In this document: in pieces, positions 37,514 to 51,110 of the stretch
How the letters are laid out: each line of letters begins with the position of its first letter
Numbering within the stretch: the first letter of the stretch is position 1
Origin: Balanoglossus misakiensis
Lineage: Eukaryota; Animalia; Hemichordata
DNA length: 64,000 nt
NCBI GenBank assembly: GCA_040954595.2
Contig: CM082593.2
Location: 10,615,477 to 10,679,476, forward strand
Reading direction: 5' to 3'
Made by a program: the position numbers and the translations under genes
The notes under the pieces: model-generated
The model's database searches: none
What the model saw: only the letters and a program-made list of their open reading frames with translations
What the model was told of the DNA's origin: nothing

Positions 37514-40097
37514 GTGTTACGGTACCACCTGCTCCACAATAACAAAGCTGACTCGAGCCAACGAACGACGTACAATTTACTCGCACGGTGTAATATAACG
37601 CACAAATTCCATGCGACTGTGAGTTTACTGTTTGGTGCTGTAACGCTTCCCAAAGTCAGAATTTCGATGTTGGGGGGACCCTCTCGCCCTACCACGACCA
37701 GTTTTTGCGAGAAGGAGTGTACATGTACTTGTAAAATAACATTAAATGCCATGCTTACCAGAGAAACGACATCATCAAGCATGGAGGCGACCGGGACCTC
37801 CATGCTTGATGAACGTCAAAGCTGCAATGATTTTTCAAATGCAATGGTCAGCGGTACGAGAACGAGGCACCAGCTGTGCGTCAATTATGCAACTTACTTA
37901 CTACTCAATCAGAATCCTGCTTCAACATGACGTAACACTAATTAGTCAAAGAATGCAATGCAACGTATGTGTGCGGGTGGAGAATGCGCCTCACGTCAAT
38001 GCAGACACACCAGACACACACACTGAAATGCAAATTGAGGAATTATGTCACGGTGATCTTTGGAAGTGCGAATGAATAAAATATTTCGTTTTCTTCAGTG
38101 TTTTTGTACTACAAAAAAAATTGCTAAAAAACGACTAGCAAGCGCTTATGCAATGAAATACAAATACATATAATTATCGCCAATTGGAAATGGAACGTCA
38201 ATCCGCATTTGTCAAAAAATAACAGAAAAGACAAAGGAGCTGAGACGTCCTAAAATAAAAGGAATGACCTCTCTGTTCTGACCTGTATGAGGAAGCCCTA
38301 TTGTAATACGCAATATGTAGGATCATGCTACCATCCGCCATTCTGATTGGACGAGAGATCAATCCATCGATACGAAAGTACTCAATAGAGCACTGCTAAA
38401 ACTGGCCCCTGAACTAATAGCATGCAACAGGGAAAACGTGACTAAATAAAAAAAAATATAGCTGATAAATTTACGGACGGCCGGTTTATTTTTTAACTGC
38501 TCTATTGGAACTGTTGTCACTGTCATGCACGATGCATGTCTTGTCATTGCGCACTCGTGTTAACATTCATCAGAGCGCCTTTCGATCAATTCGTAACGTT
38601 TACATTAGACTCGAGTTCATTTTCGTTATGAAAATGACATTGATATACACAAAGTCGATTACTGATATAAAATAATAGCAATAACCCTAACCATAGATTA
38701 GGCTATAGCATTCCGGTATTTTTTTCAATATCACTCAGGAAGGATTCTATAACATTCTGTTTTGTATCGGGATGTATAATTTAATATCCATACTACAAAA
38801 CAAATATCAGCGGTAACTCAGAAAATATTGTTGAAAATTTGTTCTCTGTAGGCCTAACCATGGTAAGATAATGCAATGCCGGTAAGTATTTTGGAAGTCA
38901 AGGTTGCATTGTATTGTCTGGTGTTCAAATAATCACAAACATCCCGGAAGACTAAATTCTTTCTGTCAAAACCACTTCTGCAACGACAAGAACTTTCAGG
39001 GCAGGCAAAACCATGGCATGAAGACGATATGAAGTCGATGAGTTAATGTTATGTTGAACCCGGCCACTTTACGTATCTTAACTATTCACACATTGACCAT
39101 TCTATAATTCTCTCCCTTTTAATGTCTTCTTTGTGGTTTGTTTGTAAAAATGTTGCCTGTGTTGAAACTTGACTACTTGTCACTTTTGCCTACCAAGAAT
39201 AATATGACCAAAAGGGGTGGCATGAAATTCTAGACTGTAACAAAACTCGATTTCATGACCCAAAGTTTGATTTTATGTGTTTTTGGTTTGGACGTGGCAA
39301 AGACATGTAAATTCCGACCACCTATACACCATCCATACATGTATGAATCGACATCATTTATTGCACGAGAGACTTCAAGCAAGCATTCCATCATCGCAAA
39401 AGGACAAAGAGAGAGCGACTTTGTCTCTTTAAATTAATTTAGCAAGTTCAAAGTGAATGCCCACATGAAAACCTTTACTCAGCAATTTTTTTTGTAATTA
39501 ATAAAACTAGGTTTGGTATGTTTTTGCGCTTGTTTTATTTTCCTTTTGTCTATAAATAGTCGTATATTTTAAAACAGCTAAAATGAGTCAAATGGGGCAT
39601 TTTTCCATCCCACCTCATCCTAGCTAAGAGCTTCAGTGCCGGTCACCTCCACAAAATTAATTTACCACGAACAAATTGAAATACAGCCAATCGGAAAAAG
39701 TGCGCCACCACATGGTCATTTGAAGACTTTTATGCTCTCTTCTGGCCGTAAACGCATGTGATCTGGAATAAATCGAACATCGATCGTGTTTTATTTATTT
39801 TCACCACCAGCGAAAATCTACGACGGCCCAACCGCAGATTATTGCTGCTCCATACAACAACCGGCTTAAACTGTTCTGTGCATGTGTTTTGTGTTCTGGT
39901 GGCGTTTGCGGGTCTGAGACGTCATTTGTAGAAGGCCCTATTCGTTTTCTACCAATAACTTTTACCAACCATGCTAGAACTATTTCGTTTTCTTTGACGA
40001 CGCTTGACACTTTTCTTGCTTTGTTGTTAGTACATGTAGTTTGTTTGTTCGTTACGTCTGTTACTGGGGTTCTTCACTTGTAGTCTGGTTACACTAT

Positions 40098-43000
40098 GAG
40101 ATAGGTGCCGTTAATCAGAATTTTTGGTAAGGAAGGTTTGAGAAGTCCATTCTATGTAAAAAATGGTGCTCATTCCAAAAAAGTCAGTCTTATTAACCCC
40201 ACTCAAGACAAAATTGCCATTTTGGCCATTTTTAACCCCAAAATGGTCTTTTTTTAGAAAACACTAAAAACACATTGTTTTCGTCACATTCTGAGATCTG
40301 ATAACATATGATATGCTTATTCTATGTAAAATTTGGTGAATATTACGAAAAAAGTAGTTCGATTGACCCAAAACAACAGAAAATTGCCTTTTTGACCAAT
40401 TTTTGCCCCAAAAACGTCATTTTTAGAAAAAAAATAAAACACACGGTTTTCTTCATAATGATTGATCTGGTGATATATGGAAAGTCAATTCTATGTTAAA
40501 AGTGGTGACTTTAAAAAATAAAGCAGTCTTTTTGACCTCAATCAATACAAAAATGCCATTTTTGGCCACTTTTTGTGGTCAAAAAAGGTCATTTTTACAA
40601 AAAAACTAAAAATAAATTGTGTTTATCATATTCAGAGATCATTGGATATATGAAATGTCCATTCTATGTAAAAAATGGTGCTGATTCCAGAAATAGCAGT
40701 CTTATTGACCCTACTCAAGAAAAAATGCCATTTTTGCCACTTTTTGCCCCAAAACGTCATTTTCAGAAAACACACAAAATTTATATATTTTCTTCACTTT
40801 CGGAGATCTGATAATGTATTATATGCCCACCCTATGTAAAATCTGGTGATTATTCGAAAAAAGCAGATTTATTGACCCAACCTAATGCAAAAATGCCCTT
40901 TTGGAAAGTTTTTGCCCCAAAAGGCCATTTTTAGAAAAAAAATTAAAAACAAACTTTTCTTCATAAAGCTCAGAGATCATGTGATATATGAAATGTTCAT
41001 CCTATGTAAAAAATGGTGCTGATTCCAGAAATAGCAGTCTTATTGATCCTACTCAAGAAAAAATGCCATTTTGCCACTTTTTGCCCCCAAAACGTCATTT
41101 TCAGAAAACACTCAAAATTTATATATTTTCTTCACTTTCGGAGATCTGATAATGAATTATATGCCCACTGTATGTGAAAAATTTCCAAAAAAGCAGTTTT
41201 ATTGATGCCACTCAAGATAAAAGTGCCTTTTTGGCAAGTTTTTGCTCAAAAAGTGTCATTTCTAGAAAATACGAAAATTATGCCATTTTCTTCCCATTGG
41301 TGATCAAATGATAAATAAAAGTACTAAAAAACCCACTCTTACTGACCCCACTGAGGGAAAAAAATATCATTTTGGCCTCTTTGCTCAAAAAGGTAACTGT
41401 TAGAAAAAATAAATACAAACTTATTCCTTTATATTCAGAGCCCTTGTGATGTATGTAAATTCGTTTTTTTTTTGTGTGTGTGTGTGCAAAAAATATGCTG
41501 ATACCAGCACAACGGTCTTATTGTGACACCCCGCTCAGTACAAAATTGCCATTTAGCCATCTTTTGGTCAACAATAGGCATTTTCAGAAAACAAATATAA
41601 TTGATGTTTTTGCCTTTTGTGTTCTGATGTTGTATATGCATATTTAAAACGCCATAACCATATAATGTCAATTAAATTGATGATATTGAAAGACAGGGTT
41701 GCCACAATTTGGCAAATTTAGCCCAAAACTGAACTTAACAATAAGATGATCCATGTATACGCACTGTCTACTATAAGTCGATTATGCGTGGTGTGGAATA
41801 TTTAGGTTCAGATATGCCAGCTCGGGAGAGAGTGTTGAAATTTATTCTCTTCAATCTGAATACAAAATCAGAAATTATATTATAATTTATATCATGATAC
41901 CTCCGTCATACTGATTGGACAGGAGTGCAACGATGCTAGAATACTCAATAGAGCACTGCTAAAACTGGCCCCTGAACTAGCACGCAGCAGGGAAAATGTG
42001 GGTTTAAACTAAATAAACATAAAACCCTTGACGTTTTAATTTGGAACTGCTGTATGGGAATATTTGGGCAATGTGCAATGCCTTTCTTTTGTCATCTGTA
42101 TCATGTTTAGAGCTTGGTCCCGGGCGGCGTGTTTACATTCATTGACGCGAGTTTTGTTCCATTCGTAACTTCTTTTCCTCTCGACGCTGTTTCATCATCA
42201 TTATGAGTTCAACTTGGGCTAATTTTGCAAAAACTCCAAATACAAACATTTTTTCGGTACAAAATGGCTAAAATGATAATTTTTTCTTGAGTAGATCTAT
42301 TTTTGGCTACAAATAGCAAAAAAGGCAATTTTGACAACCAGAGTGCCGTTTTTGGAATAGTCACCAAATTTTACACAGAATGGACTTTTCATACATGATC
42401 AGATCTCTGAATATGAAGAAAACAATTTTTCTTTAGTTTGTTTGTTTTTAATGAACATTTTTGACCAAAAAAGTGGCCGAAATTACAAATTTCAATTGAA
42501 TAGGGTAAGTAAGACTTCCGTTTTTGGAACAGTAACCACGTTTCAATATAGAATGGGCTTTTATTTATAATAAGATCACCGAAAGTGAAGAAAAGAGAAT
42601 GCTTATTAATATATTCTTAAAAATAACAATTTTGTGCAAAACTTAGCCAAAAAGGTGATTTCATCATGGTTGAGGTAATTAAGACTGCATTTCTGGAATC
42701 AACACCTATTTTACAATAAATGTACTTTTCACACATCATAGAATCTCCAAATAAGAATCAAACAGTTTGTTTATAATGATTTTCGAAAAGTGGCTTTTTG
42801 GGCAAAAACTTGTCAAAAAAGCACTGTTTTCTTGAGTGGCGCTAGTAATTTTTTTTGAATTTTTTCACATAGAGTGGGTACATAATACATCATCATCTCC
42901 GAAAGTGAAGAAAATATAAAAGTTTTGGGTGTTTTCTAGAAATGACACTTTTTGGGCAAAAACTTGCCAAAGGGCACTTTTATCTTGGGTGGCATCAATA

Positions 43001-44082
43001 AAACTGCTTTTTTGGAAATTTTTCACATAAAGTGGGCATATAATACATTATCAGATCTCCGAAAGTGAAGAAAATATATAAATTTTGAGTGTTTTCTGAA
43101 AATGACGTTTTTGGGGCAAAAAGTGGCAAAAATGGCATTTTTTCTTGAGTAGGATCAATAAGACTGCTATTTCTGGAATTAGCACCATTTTTTACATAGG
43201 TTGAACACTTCATATATCACATGATCTCTGAGCTTTATGAAGAAAAGTTTGTTTTTAATTTTTTTTTCTAAAAACGGCCTTTTTGGGTAATAACTTTCCA
43301 AAAGGGCATTTTTGCATTAGGTTGGGTCAATAAATCTGCTTTTTTGGAATAATCACCAAGTTTTACATAAGATGGGCATATAAGTGAAGAAAATATATAA
43401 ATTTTGAGTGTTTTCTAAAAATGACGTTTTGGGGCAAAAAGTGGCAAAAATGGCATTTTTTTTCTTGAGTAGGGTCAATAAGACTGCTATTTCTGAAATC
43501 AGCACCGTTTTTTACATAGAATGGACACTTCATATATCCAATGATCTCTGAATATGAAAAACACAATTTATTTTTAGTTTTTTTGTAAAAATGACCTTTT
43601 TTGACCTCAAAAAGTGGCCAAAAATGGCATTTTTGTATTGATTGAGGTCAAAAAGACTGCTTTTTTTTTTAAAGTCACCACTTTTAACATAGAATTGACT
43701 TTCCATATATCACCAGATCAACTATTATGAAGAAAACCGTGTTTTTTAATTTTTTTCTAAAAATGACGTTTTTTTGGCAAAAAATGGTCAAAAAGGCAAT
43801 TTTCTGTTGTTTTGGGTCAATCGAACTATTTTTTTCGTAATATTCACCAAATTTTACATAGAATAGGCATATCATATGTCATCAGATCTTAGAATGTGAC
43901 GAAAGTGTGTTTTTAGTGTTTTCTAAAAAAACACCATTTTTGGGTTAAAAATGGCCAAAATGGCAATTTTGTCTTGAGTGGGGTCAATAAGACTGACATT
44001 TTTGGAATCAGCACCATTTTTTACATAGAATGGACCTCTCAAACCTTCCTTACCAAAAATTCTGATTAACGGCATCTAGCTC
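40098..44082. mobile_element. ~4-kb foldback element with ~1.17-kb TIRs built of ~120-bp subrepeats; no transposase
   Basis: GAGATAGGTGCCGTTAATCAGAATTTTTGGTAAGGAAGGTTTGAG ... CTCAAACCTTCCTTACCAAAAATTCTGATTAACGGCATCTAGCTC; mirrored ORF pairs (40308+/43684-, 40575+/43363-). Confidence 0.9.
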
Positions 44083-44088
44083 CTGGAC

Positions 44089-44173
44089 TAGGTCCCCTGC
44101 CCCATTCCCACTGCCATCGGCGCTACGCTCAAGGGCGCAGCCAGCGGTGGGAATGGGGCAGGGAACAGACTAC
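44089..44173. mobile_element. Small hairpin MITE
   Basis: CCCTGCCCCATTCCCAC ... GTGGGAATGGGGCAGGG. Confidence 0.65.
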
Positions 44174-44276
44174 TTCATTTGTGGAATAAAGTGCTCATTT
44201 TTTGTGTATCTGCATTTTGTCGATGTTATCGCTCCTCTGGCAGAGAAGCCAGGGTGCTAGCTGTTGGCTTTAATAA

Positions 44277-44532
44277 GGGACTGTTCAGAATTTACTTCCA
44301 GGGGGCGGAGAATTTTCAGAGGGGGGGGGGGGGACCACCCATTTTCTCCAAGACAAATTAGGGGAGACTAGACATAAAAGTCACAATAGGGGGACCATGG
44401 AAAATCCCCAGGAAATTTAAGGGGGGACCACATATTTCCTCCACAATTTACTAGGGGAGACCATGGGAAAAAATCACCAGGAAAATAAAAAATCCTCCAT
44501 CCCCAACTTGGAAGTAAATTCTGAACAGTCCT
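44277..44532. mobile_element. Harbinger-like MITE
   Basis: TAA|GGGACTGTTCAGAATTTACTTCCA ... TGGAAGTAAATTCTGAACAGTCCT|TCA. Confidence 0.8.
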
Positions 44533-46280
44533 TCATGGTTGTTTGTTTGTTTGTTTGCCTGTTTGTTTATTCGTATCTTTGTTTGTTTGTGTATTCTATC
44601 TCATTTAATATGATGCTTCTGTCACATTTGGCATTTACTGTCGCATAAACAATGACCGAACCGACTCGACTGCGTTTGGATGCACGATGGACTTAAGAGT
44701 GAATCCATCGGTGTTTACCGGCCAAAACAAAACCGTTTGATTTCTTTAAGACTGTTGCAACAAGTGAGACCCTAGTACATATAGTATATAAATCAGAAGT
44801 CCGGTGCATGTTTGCCAGTGACACCTACCACAAAATGGTATCGCCCAAATAATGTTGGGCGCGCCCGTGGAAGTTATAAGCCCGGCGCTTTTTCCTCATG
44901 ATTAATAAAACAGTTAACACAACATTGGAAATTCAGCCAATTTGTCCCTGTTTTGTAGAAATAGTGCGAGCTATACATGGCGAAAAGTTTTTCAAAAAAT
45001 AGATCAAAATGGGAATTCAAATTAGTGAATATTATTGGCACTTACAGAGTTTTAATTCAAAATAGAGGATTCATTCCAATGAATATGCAAGTCAAGAAGT
45101 CACATAGGGATCATGAAAATGACCTATTGATCATGTCATGATGATTATGTACAAGAGAGAAGTAAAAAACTGGTTATTGCTTGAATTTCATGTTTCTTTT
45201 TAATCAGATGTAGTCAACAGTCTTTCAACAAGTCTATAACATGATTTTGAAATGATTTTCAAAAGTACACAATTCCATATGAAAATGTTACTTTAAGATT
45301 TGTAAATTTTTCTGTATATTTGAGTTCACGTGCATAGGCTGACTCAAACATTCTTTGCATCAACATTTACCGTCCTGTCAAAAATCTTGCCTGTAGTCCA
45401 GGTTTTACATTTGCACTTAATAGCATTATAACACCATCATGTCATCCACATGTTACCCTCACAGCCAGTCACTGTGTGTATATTGTGATTCATGAAGTAC
45501 ATGTAGTGCTACATATTTTTGTGGAGATGAGACACACACACACATAGCAACCGATAGACAGACTGCTTGATAATATGCTCTGACTGATCCGTAAAGCTGA
45601 AACTTGTATGTGTTTGTACATACAACACAAAGGAACTAAAAATAGGGCATTCACATAGGGACCATTGAAAGTTTTCTGAAACATCTCAACTCAAACATTG
45701 ACATAAAAAATACTTTGTGAACAATTAAAGTCTTCCTGGAACGTTTCAGATTTGAGACGGTTTTGCCAGCCAGACCTGATCCGGTGTAATGATTAACACC
45801 TCTTCGCAACCCATTGTCTATGGGGCCGAGCCTCGCAGTGCCTATACATAAACTTTGTGTGTGTGGACACAAACGACTCAAAGGATTAATGCTCTGTGTT
45901 TACCATAGGCAAATAGTGTCTCAAATTTTTCCCTGCCTGAACCTGGTATCTGAAATGTTTCTCATTTTACCCAGTGTAAACATGGTGAAAGACAAAATGT
46001 CCTATACCTGTATAACATAGATCATAAATTTATAATACCAGGGTTTACTTGGTCTGATTGAAGCTCTGTAATTGGTTGAAGCAAGGGTTTTTATTACATA
46101 TGTACCGTCGATTACTTGCACCGAGCGCGCGCGTAACATCGGTATTTGCACTCAGTGCAATACCAAAAACATTATGCTATACCTGTATGCAAATGAGTGG
46201 CCTGTTCACGAAACAAGCAATATCATTCCGCGGTCTCATTTCTTTCATTTTCGGTCTTTTTTTCAAAATGGGATGAACAT

Positions 46281-46491
46281 ATGTAATAAAAACAGAACCC
46301 CATGGCTCAATCGTGCAAGCACGGCGTACCGGTAGTATTTGCACTCGTGCTGGCGGTGTATTCTTGCTGCCCCCCGCACGAGCGACAGCGAGTGCGGGGG
46401 ACGGGCGCAAGAATACACCGCCAGACACTCGATGCAAATACTACCGTTACGCCGTGCTTGCACGATCGAGCCATGGGGTTCTGTCATAACA
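46281..46491. mobile_element. GC-rich ~210-bp hairpin element
   Basis: ACAGAACCCCATGGCTCAATCGTGCAAGCACGGCGTA ... TACGCCGTGCTTGCACGATCGAGCCATGGGGTTCTGT, paired almost to the centre. Confidence 0.85.
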
Positions 46492-47194
46492 TTCTCTACT
46501 AGAAGACCTGAACAGTAAATAACTGAAATAAAATACACAAAAGAGAATGCATCTGAATAGAACACAATTTATTAACTTGGATTGGTCATGGGCATCAGGG
46601 CGCTCTACTTAAGAAATTCTAGAACATGTTTGTACAAGTGGCATTTTCATGAGCAGTGAGCAACGAGGCCTTTCTGGCATGTAATACTTAAAATCCAAAC
46701 ATCAGATTTTTTATCACACAAAATCATATTATATATAATGACATTATAAATGGTGTGCGCTTATATTTGGTTACGGATTTAAAACCTCTTTGAGGAAAAT
46801 TTTGCAGAGAGGTCTTGTATCTACAACCAAATAACCACTATGTTCATATCATTCAGATTGCTCAGTACTATCAGCGAGTTCACCAGTGGTTTCCAGAAAT
46901 CTATAGGCTAAACATATGCCATTTTCATTGTGCCTCCCCCCATCTATTTCAATACAATAAATAATGGCTGGCTTGATTTTTCACCAGGACTTTTCAACAA
47001 TAGTTTTTGTTAAGATATAGACAACATTCCAGATGTGTATGAAAACTCGAGGAAAATAATAACATTTGACCTGTCATCAGTTGTGAATTAATTAAATATT
47101 TTCATAAACTACACATTATAATCAAATTTAAACTCGTATGTAATGAATAATCGTCTCAACATAAGAGCTGCTAAGGCTAGACTCAACAGCACTA

Positions 47195-47683
47195 TCAACA
47201 CGAAAGAATTACTATTTTCTTGCTGACGTATCTGGCGATTATTCTGATTTGATAGTGTGTCGTTTCTTCTTCTGGGTTGCTCATACCCTTGCTGGCTGAC
47301 ATTTCTTTGTCGTATGTTTGTCTCTGTGGTAGCATTGTCATTGGCATTTCTCTGGGGGTGTTTTCTGTGTTGGCAGTTGCAGGTTCTGGTGCTAGGGGAG
47401 TGTTGACATCTGCCTGGGGTGTTGCATCGGCTGGCGGTTGAACGGTGTTGTCGTTGTTCGATGCCGCATCTCTGTGTCGTGGCGGCTGTCCGGCTCCTGC
47501 AAACGCAGCGTACTGAGACACGAATGGGTTCGGGTATGACATCTGCTGGAAGTGTTGCTGGTATGCTGCGGCTGGATAGGGTGGGGGTTGTTGGTTCGCA
47601 GAAGCTACAGGCTGGGGTGTGTTTGTGCTTGTGCTTGTTGTGGCAGTATCAGCAGAGGTTGCTATGCTTTTCTTTGTCTCTTC
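47195..47683 (-). CDS. Orphan P/T/A/Q-rich coding-like exon, product unknown
   Basis: Acceptor TTTTATCCTCCACAG, then an open frame of 162 codons: EETKKSIATSADTATTSTSTNTPQPVASANQQPPPYPAAAYQQHFQQMSYPNPFVSQY...; GC above background; 3' boundary uncertain. Confidence 0.5.
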   Translation of the reverse strand, partial: EETKKSIATSADTATTSTSTNTPQPVASANQQPPPYPAAAYQQHFQQMSYPNPFVSQYAAFAGAGQPPRHRDAASNNDNTVQPPADATPQADVNTPLAPEPATANTENTPREMPMTMLPQRQTYDKEMSASKGMSNPEEETTHYQIRIIARYVSKKIVILSC

Positions 47684-48959
47684 CTGTGGAGGATAAAAAG
47701 AACACAGTGTTTTTGCAAAGGTCGGGGAACACTGGTAATGGATTTGGGAACCCCGTTAATATTCCTATAACCTCCTAATATAACCACATTGATACACCCA
47801 GGGGAACCCCGGTAAAATGACTGGGGAACTCTGGTAGACTGCCTGACCACTGTGACATTGGCCTTGTTCTGTTGTTTTAATTCGGAGTGACTGGGGTACT
47901 CCGGTAGATTTTATCTAGGTACCGCCCTTAACAAAAACACTAGAACAGAATCACAATTTGGAAGGCATGAGAGGCAAATACCATTTAAGGATGTACACGC
48001 ACAACATAAACTGATAAACAGTGCATGTGTGTCTGTTCCTGAAAGGATTACATCGATAATTGCCAGAAAACAAACTTCTACTATTGTCTTTTTCACGAAA
48101 TTTTACACATAGCTCAGACAAGTAAACGTAAATTCCTTGGTCAAAAAAAATTATGTGGTCACCAAGCTCTATTATGAGATAAATTGCGTTAAAATCTTCG
48201 CCCATAGACAAACCATTGGTGAAAAATGCTGAGACAGCAAATTTCTTCTATTATCAACTAAATTCATGGCTCTGTATTTTTTTTAAAAAGGGCAATGACC
48301 CCTACAATTTTTAACGGATTCTCATTATACATACACAGCATAATCCAAAAATCCACAATTAAAAGAATGACAATACTTTCAACGTGTATAATACCAGCAT
48401 ACACCTGTTTCAAGTCCAGTGTCCTAATACACCATCATCATGAATTGGAACTCAAAGCAAGGCCAATGAGCAAACCCAGATTGACAACTCATTACACCAG
48501 CAAAGTGGTTTCTTTATGGAAGTGGTGGTACCAATAAATACTTTATTCAAGGTAAGAATTTCTTATTGTAGCAGTATTTTCATTTCCATTCATGTTTTAA
48601 AGGCCTTTTTTGTAGATTCTGAATTTCTATGCCAGACAAAGTATGATTATTTTTCCACTAATGCAGCCTGAATTAAAGTCAACATTTTTCACCATAGGTC
48701 TTTCTATGTTATTTTTCTATAGGCATGGACACATTTAAGTTTATCTCAAAACTGAGCACAGTGGTGAGCCTACAACTTATATGAATCACTCAATTTAATT
48801 TCATTTGGATGAGTTATGAGTGAAACTTCTTAAAATTACAATAGTAGAAAAGGGTTTTCTATCAATTCTTAATGTTATCCTATGGGAAGAAACACATTCC
48901 ATGAGCTCATACATGTAGTGTGTGCCATTCTTAACCCTTTCAGTATTATATGAATCAGA

Positions 48960-49100
48960 TATAGAAGCTTGTTCAACGTCCCGTTGCGGCCAAGCCAATC
49001 AGATTGCACGTTATGTCAATCAAAACTGAAGGATACCTAAAGTTCTCTATAAGGCACCGTCTGATTGGTTTACTAGAGTTTTCAACGGGAGCTTCTATGG
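48960..49100. mobile_element. Small imperfect inverted-repeat element
   Basis: TAGAAGCT..CCCGTTG..CCAATCAGA ... TCTGATTGG..CAACGGGAGCTTCTA. Confidence 0.5.
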
Positions 49101-49979
49101 GAGTTGGTCAGATGTAGTGTGAGGCGACAGTATAAGAATACCGTACTGCGAAGTAAAAGACGTCGCCGTACCCTACATCTGATTTTAATCAGATTGTATG
49201 CACACATAAGCTGGTTTAGAATACTGATAAACCCTGATGAAACAATCTCAGTAAAATATATACAGATGAGAATGAGAATGCAGTTAAAGTTAAATATACA
49301 TTCGTTGTATCTTTTGGCTTTATTTCCAGTATTTTTGTTCTATGTAGCAAATGCGATTTCATGTTCTACTCCACACAGATTGTTACTTGTCAGCACAGAA
49401 TGTATGTGTATAATGGCCATTGTCATTGTTGACAATAATTCATGGATTCTAGTCTGGACTTAAATTCCAATTTGGCACAATAACAATGCTGACCATACAC
49501 ATATATGTTTCATCATGTTTCGGGAATTTGCACAAGAAACTGCTAAACAAAGATACTGAAAACATAGGAAAAAGGTAAAGGTAATGGAGCTTTAATTACA
49601 ATTCACACTGTATACAAAATCCATGTAAAAATTCAAAATACTGGATTTGTCAGCTTCAACTGATATGGGGGTCACACAAGAAATTGCTAAAACGTCTCAG
49701 ATCAAATACTGGCATAAATTATTATTGGTGAATGGTTTAAGTGGTCCTGAATCTTCTCAGATTTGAGACACGTCTCTTACCAGGTTCACACAGGGTAAAA
49801 TTTGAGACACTATTAGTATATGGTAAACACAGAGCGTTAATACTTGGGGGGGGGGGGGGTTAGCTGGGCAGACCCGCCCTCCTTTATTTTTTGCCACCCT
49901 GCTATCTTACGCGCCGCCCTGCTTTCTTTTCATTCCCGCCTTGGTAAATATTTATTGTTTCTGGTGCACGCTCCCGCAT

Positions 49980-51110
49980 GCGGCTGGCATTTGAGAGAAT
50001 GATATTTATTCAGTTTAGGGATGTTTTGTCGCCTTTGTACAAAACACAAGCAGAAGGCCAAGTGCGGAGGGACTTGGGTTACAACATCTCCATGTACATG
50101 TACCACCCTTCGCGAAGACAAACTCAAGCAGCATGAAGAGACGATTATCGACCGGGCGGCAATGCAGCTTGACGCCGAGGCAGCAGTTATCGAGAACAGC
50201 AGCGGTCTTGTGGCTGCATTTGACAAGGTCATCACCTTTGAGACGCAAGCCTTCATGCATCGGCGTCCTACGATGCATGTATTTTCTCATGCACAGAGAA
50301 TTGCCGCACACCACCAACTTCATCCATGTTTTGGAATTGGCAAAGTCCCTCGGGTGTTCATTCCTTGGTACTCTCAGCAGTGATGACCACAACTATAATG
50401 GTTTATTGCATTGGTAAGTAGGTCTACTGATTTTTGTGCAGATCTAAATTGTAGGCAATGTAGTAACATTTATTTAAACCTGGTTGTTTTCAAGAAAGGA
50501 TCACTGTTTAAGCAGTAGTGTTACACTCAATAAATAATAATTACTGTACAAATTACTGTGAATTTTGATAAGTTTAATCTGAAGAGTAATTTTCATTTAT
50601 TTCATTTTTCAGGCAAAGTCATCCGTGATGAGATTTTAGAGAAGATGAAAGGAAGTAACTTCTATTCACTGTTAATAGATGAAAACAACTGATGTGGCTG
50701 TATTGAAGCAATTAATCATCTATTCCAAGTACACCTTGAAGTCTGGGAAGTCAGTTGTGTCTTTCCTTGGAGTTAAAGAAGTAAGTGGAAAGTTTTTCAA
50801 TTTTTAAGTCTACACTGAATTAAAAACATACGATTAAACATGTTTTTGAGTGACCTCATTTAATTGATTTTGCTGACTAGTTATTTCAGGTGAGACAAAC
50901 ATTGAGTTGTACATTGCATGTGTTAACATCAAGGTTTTATTTTCACTGTTTTAGGTTGGTGATGGCAGAGCAGACACCATTGCACAGTCAGTGAAAGAGT
51001 TTTCTTCAGAGAATGGTATTGTCTTAAGAGATCGTCTGTCTGCTTTGGGCAGTGATGGTGCTCCTGTTATGCTAGGACAGAAAGGAGGGGTGGCTACCAA
51101 ACTAAAAGAA
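49980..51110 (+). pseudogene. Intron-containing hAT (ZNF862-like) transposase, frameshifted and 3'-truncated
   Basis: Exons ~49980-50413, 50613-50780 and 50955-51110: GMFCRLC..H zinc finger, MYFLMHRELPHTTNF, FYSLLIDE/TTDVAVLKQLIIY, ADTI..SALGSDGAPVMLGQKGGVATKLKE; frameshifts near 50255, 50400 and 50685. Confidence 0.9.

Noticed and set aside
37495-38075. Overlapping 100-140 aa ORFs
   Set aside because: No recognisable domain or splice support; chance ORFs in locally higher GC
40308-43875. Repeated short ORFs (MICLFYVKFG..., MKCPFYVKNG...)
   Set aside because: Mirror-image translations of the foldback arms
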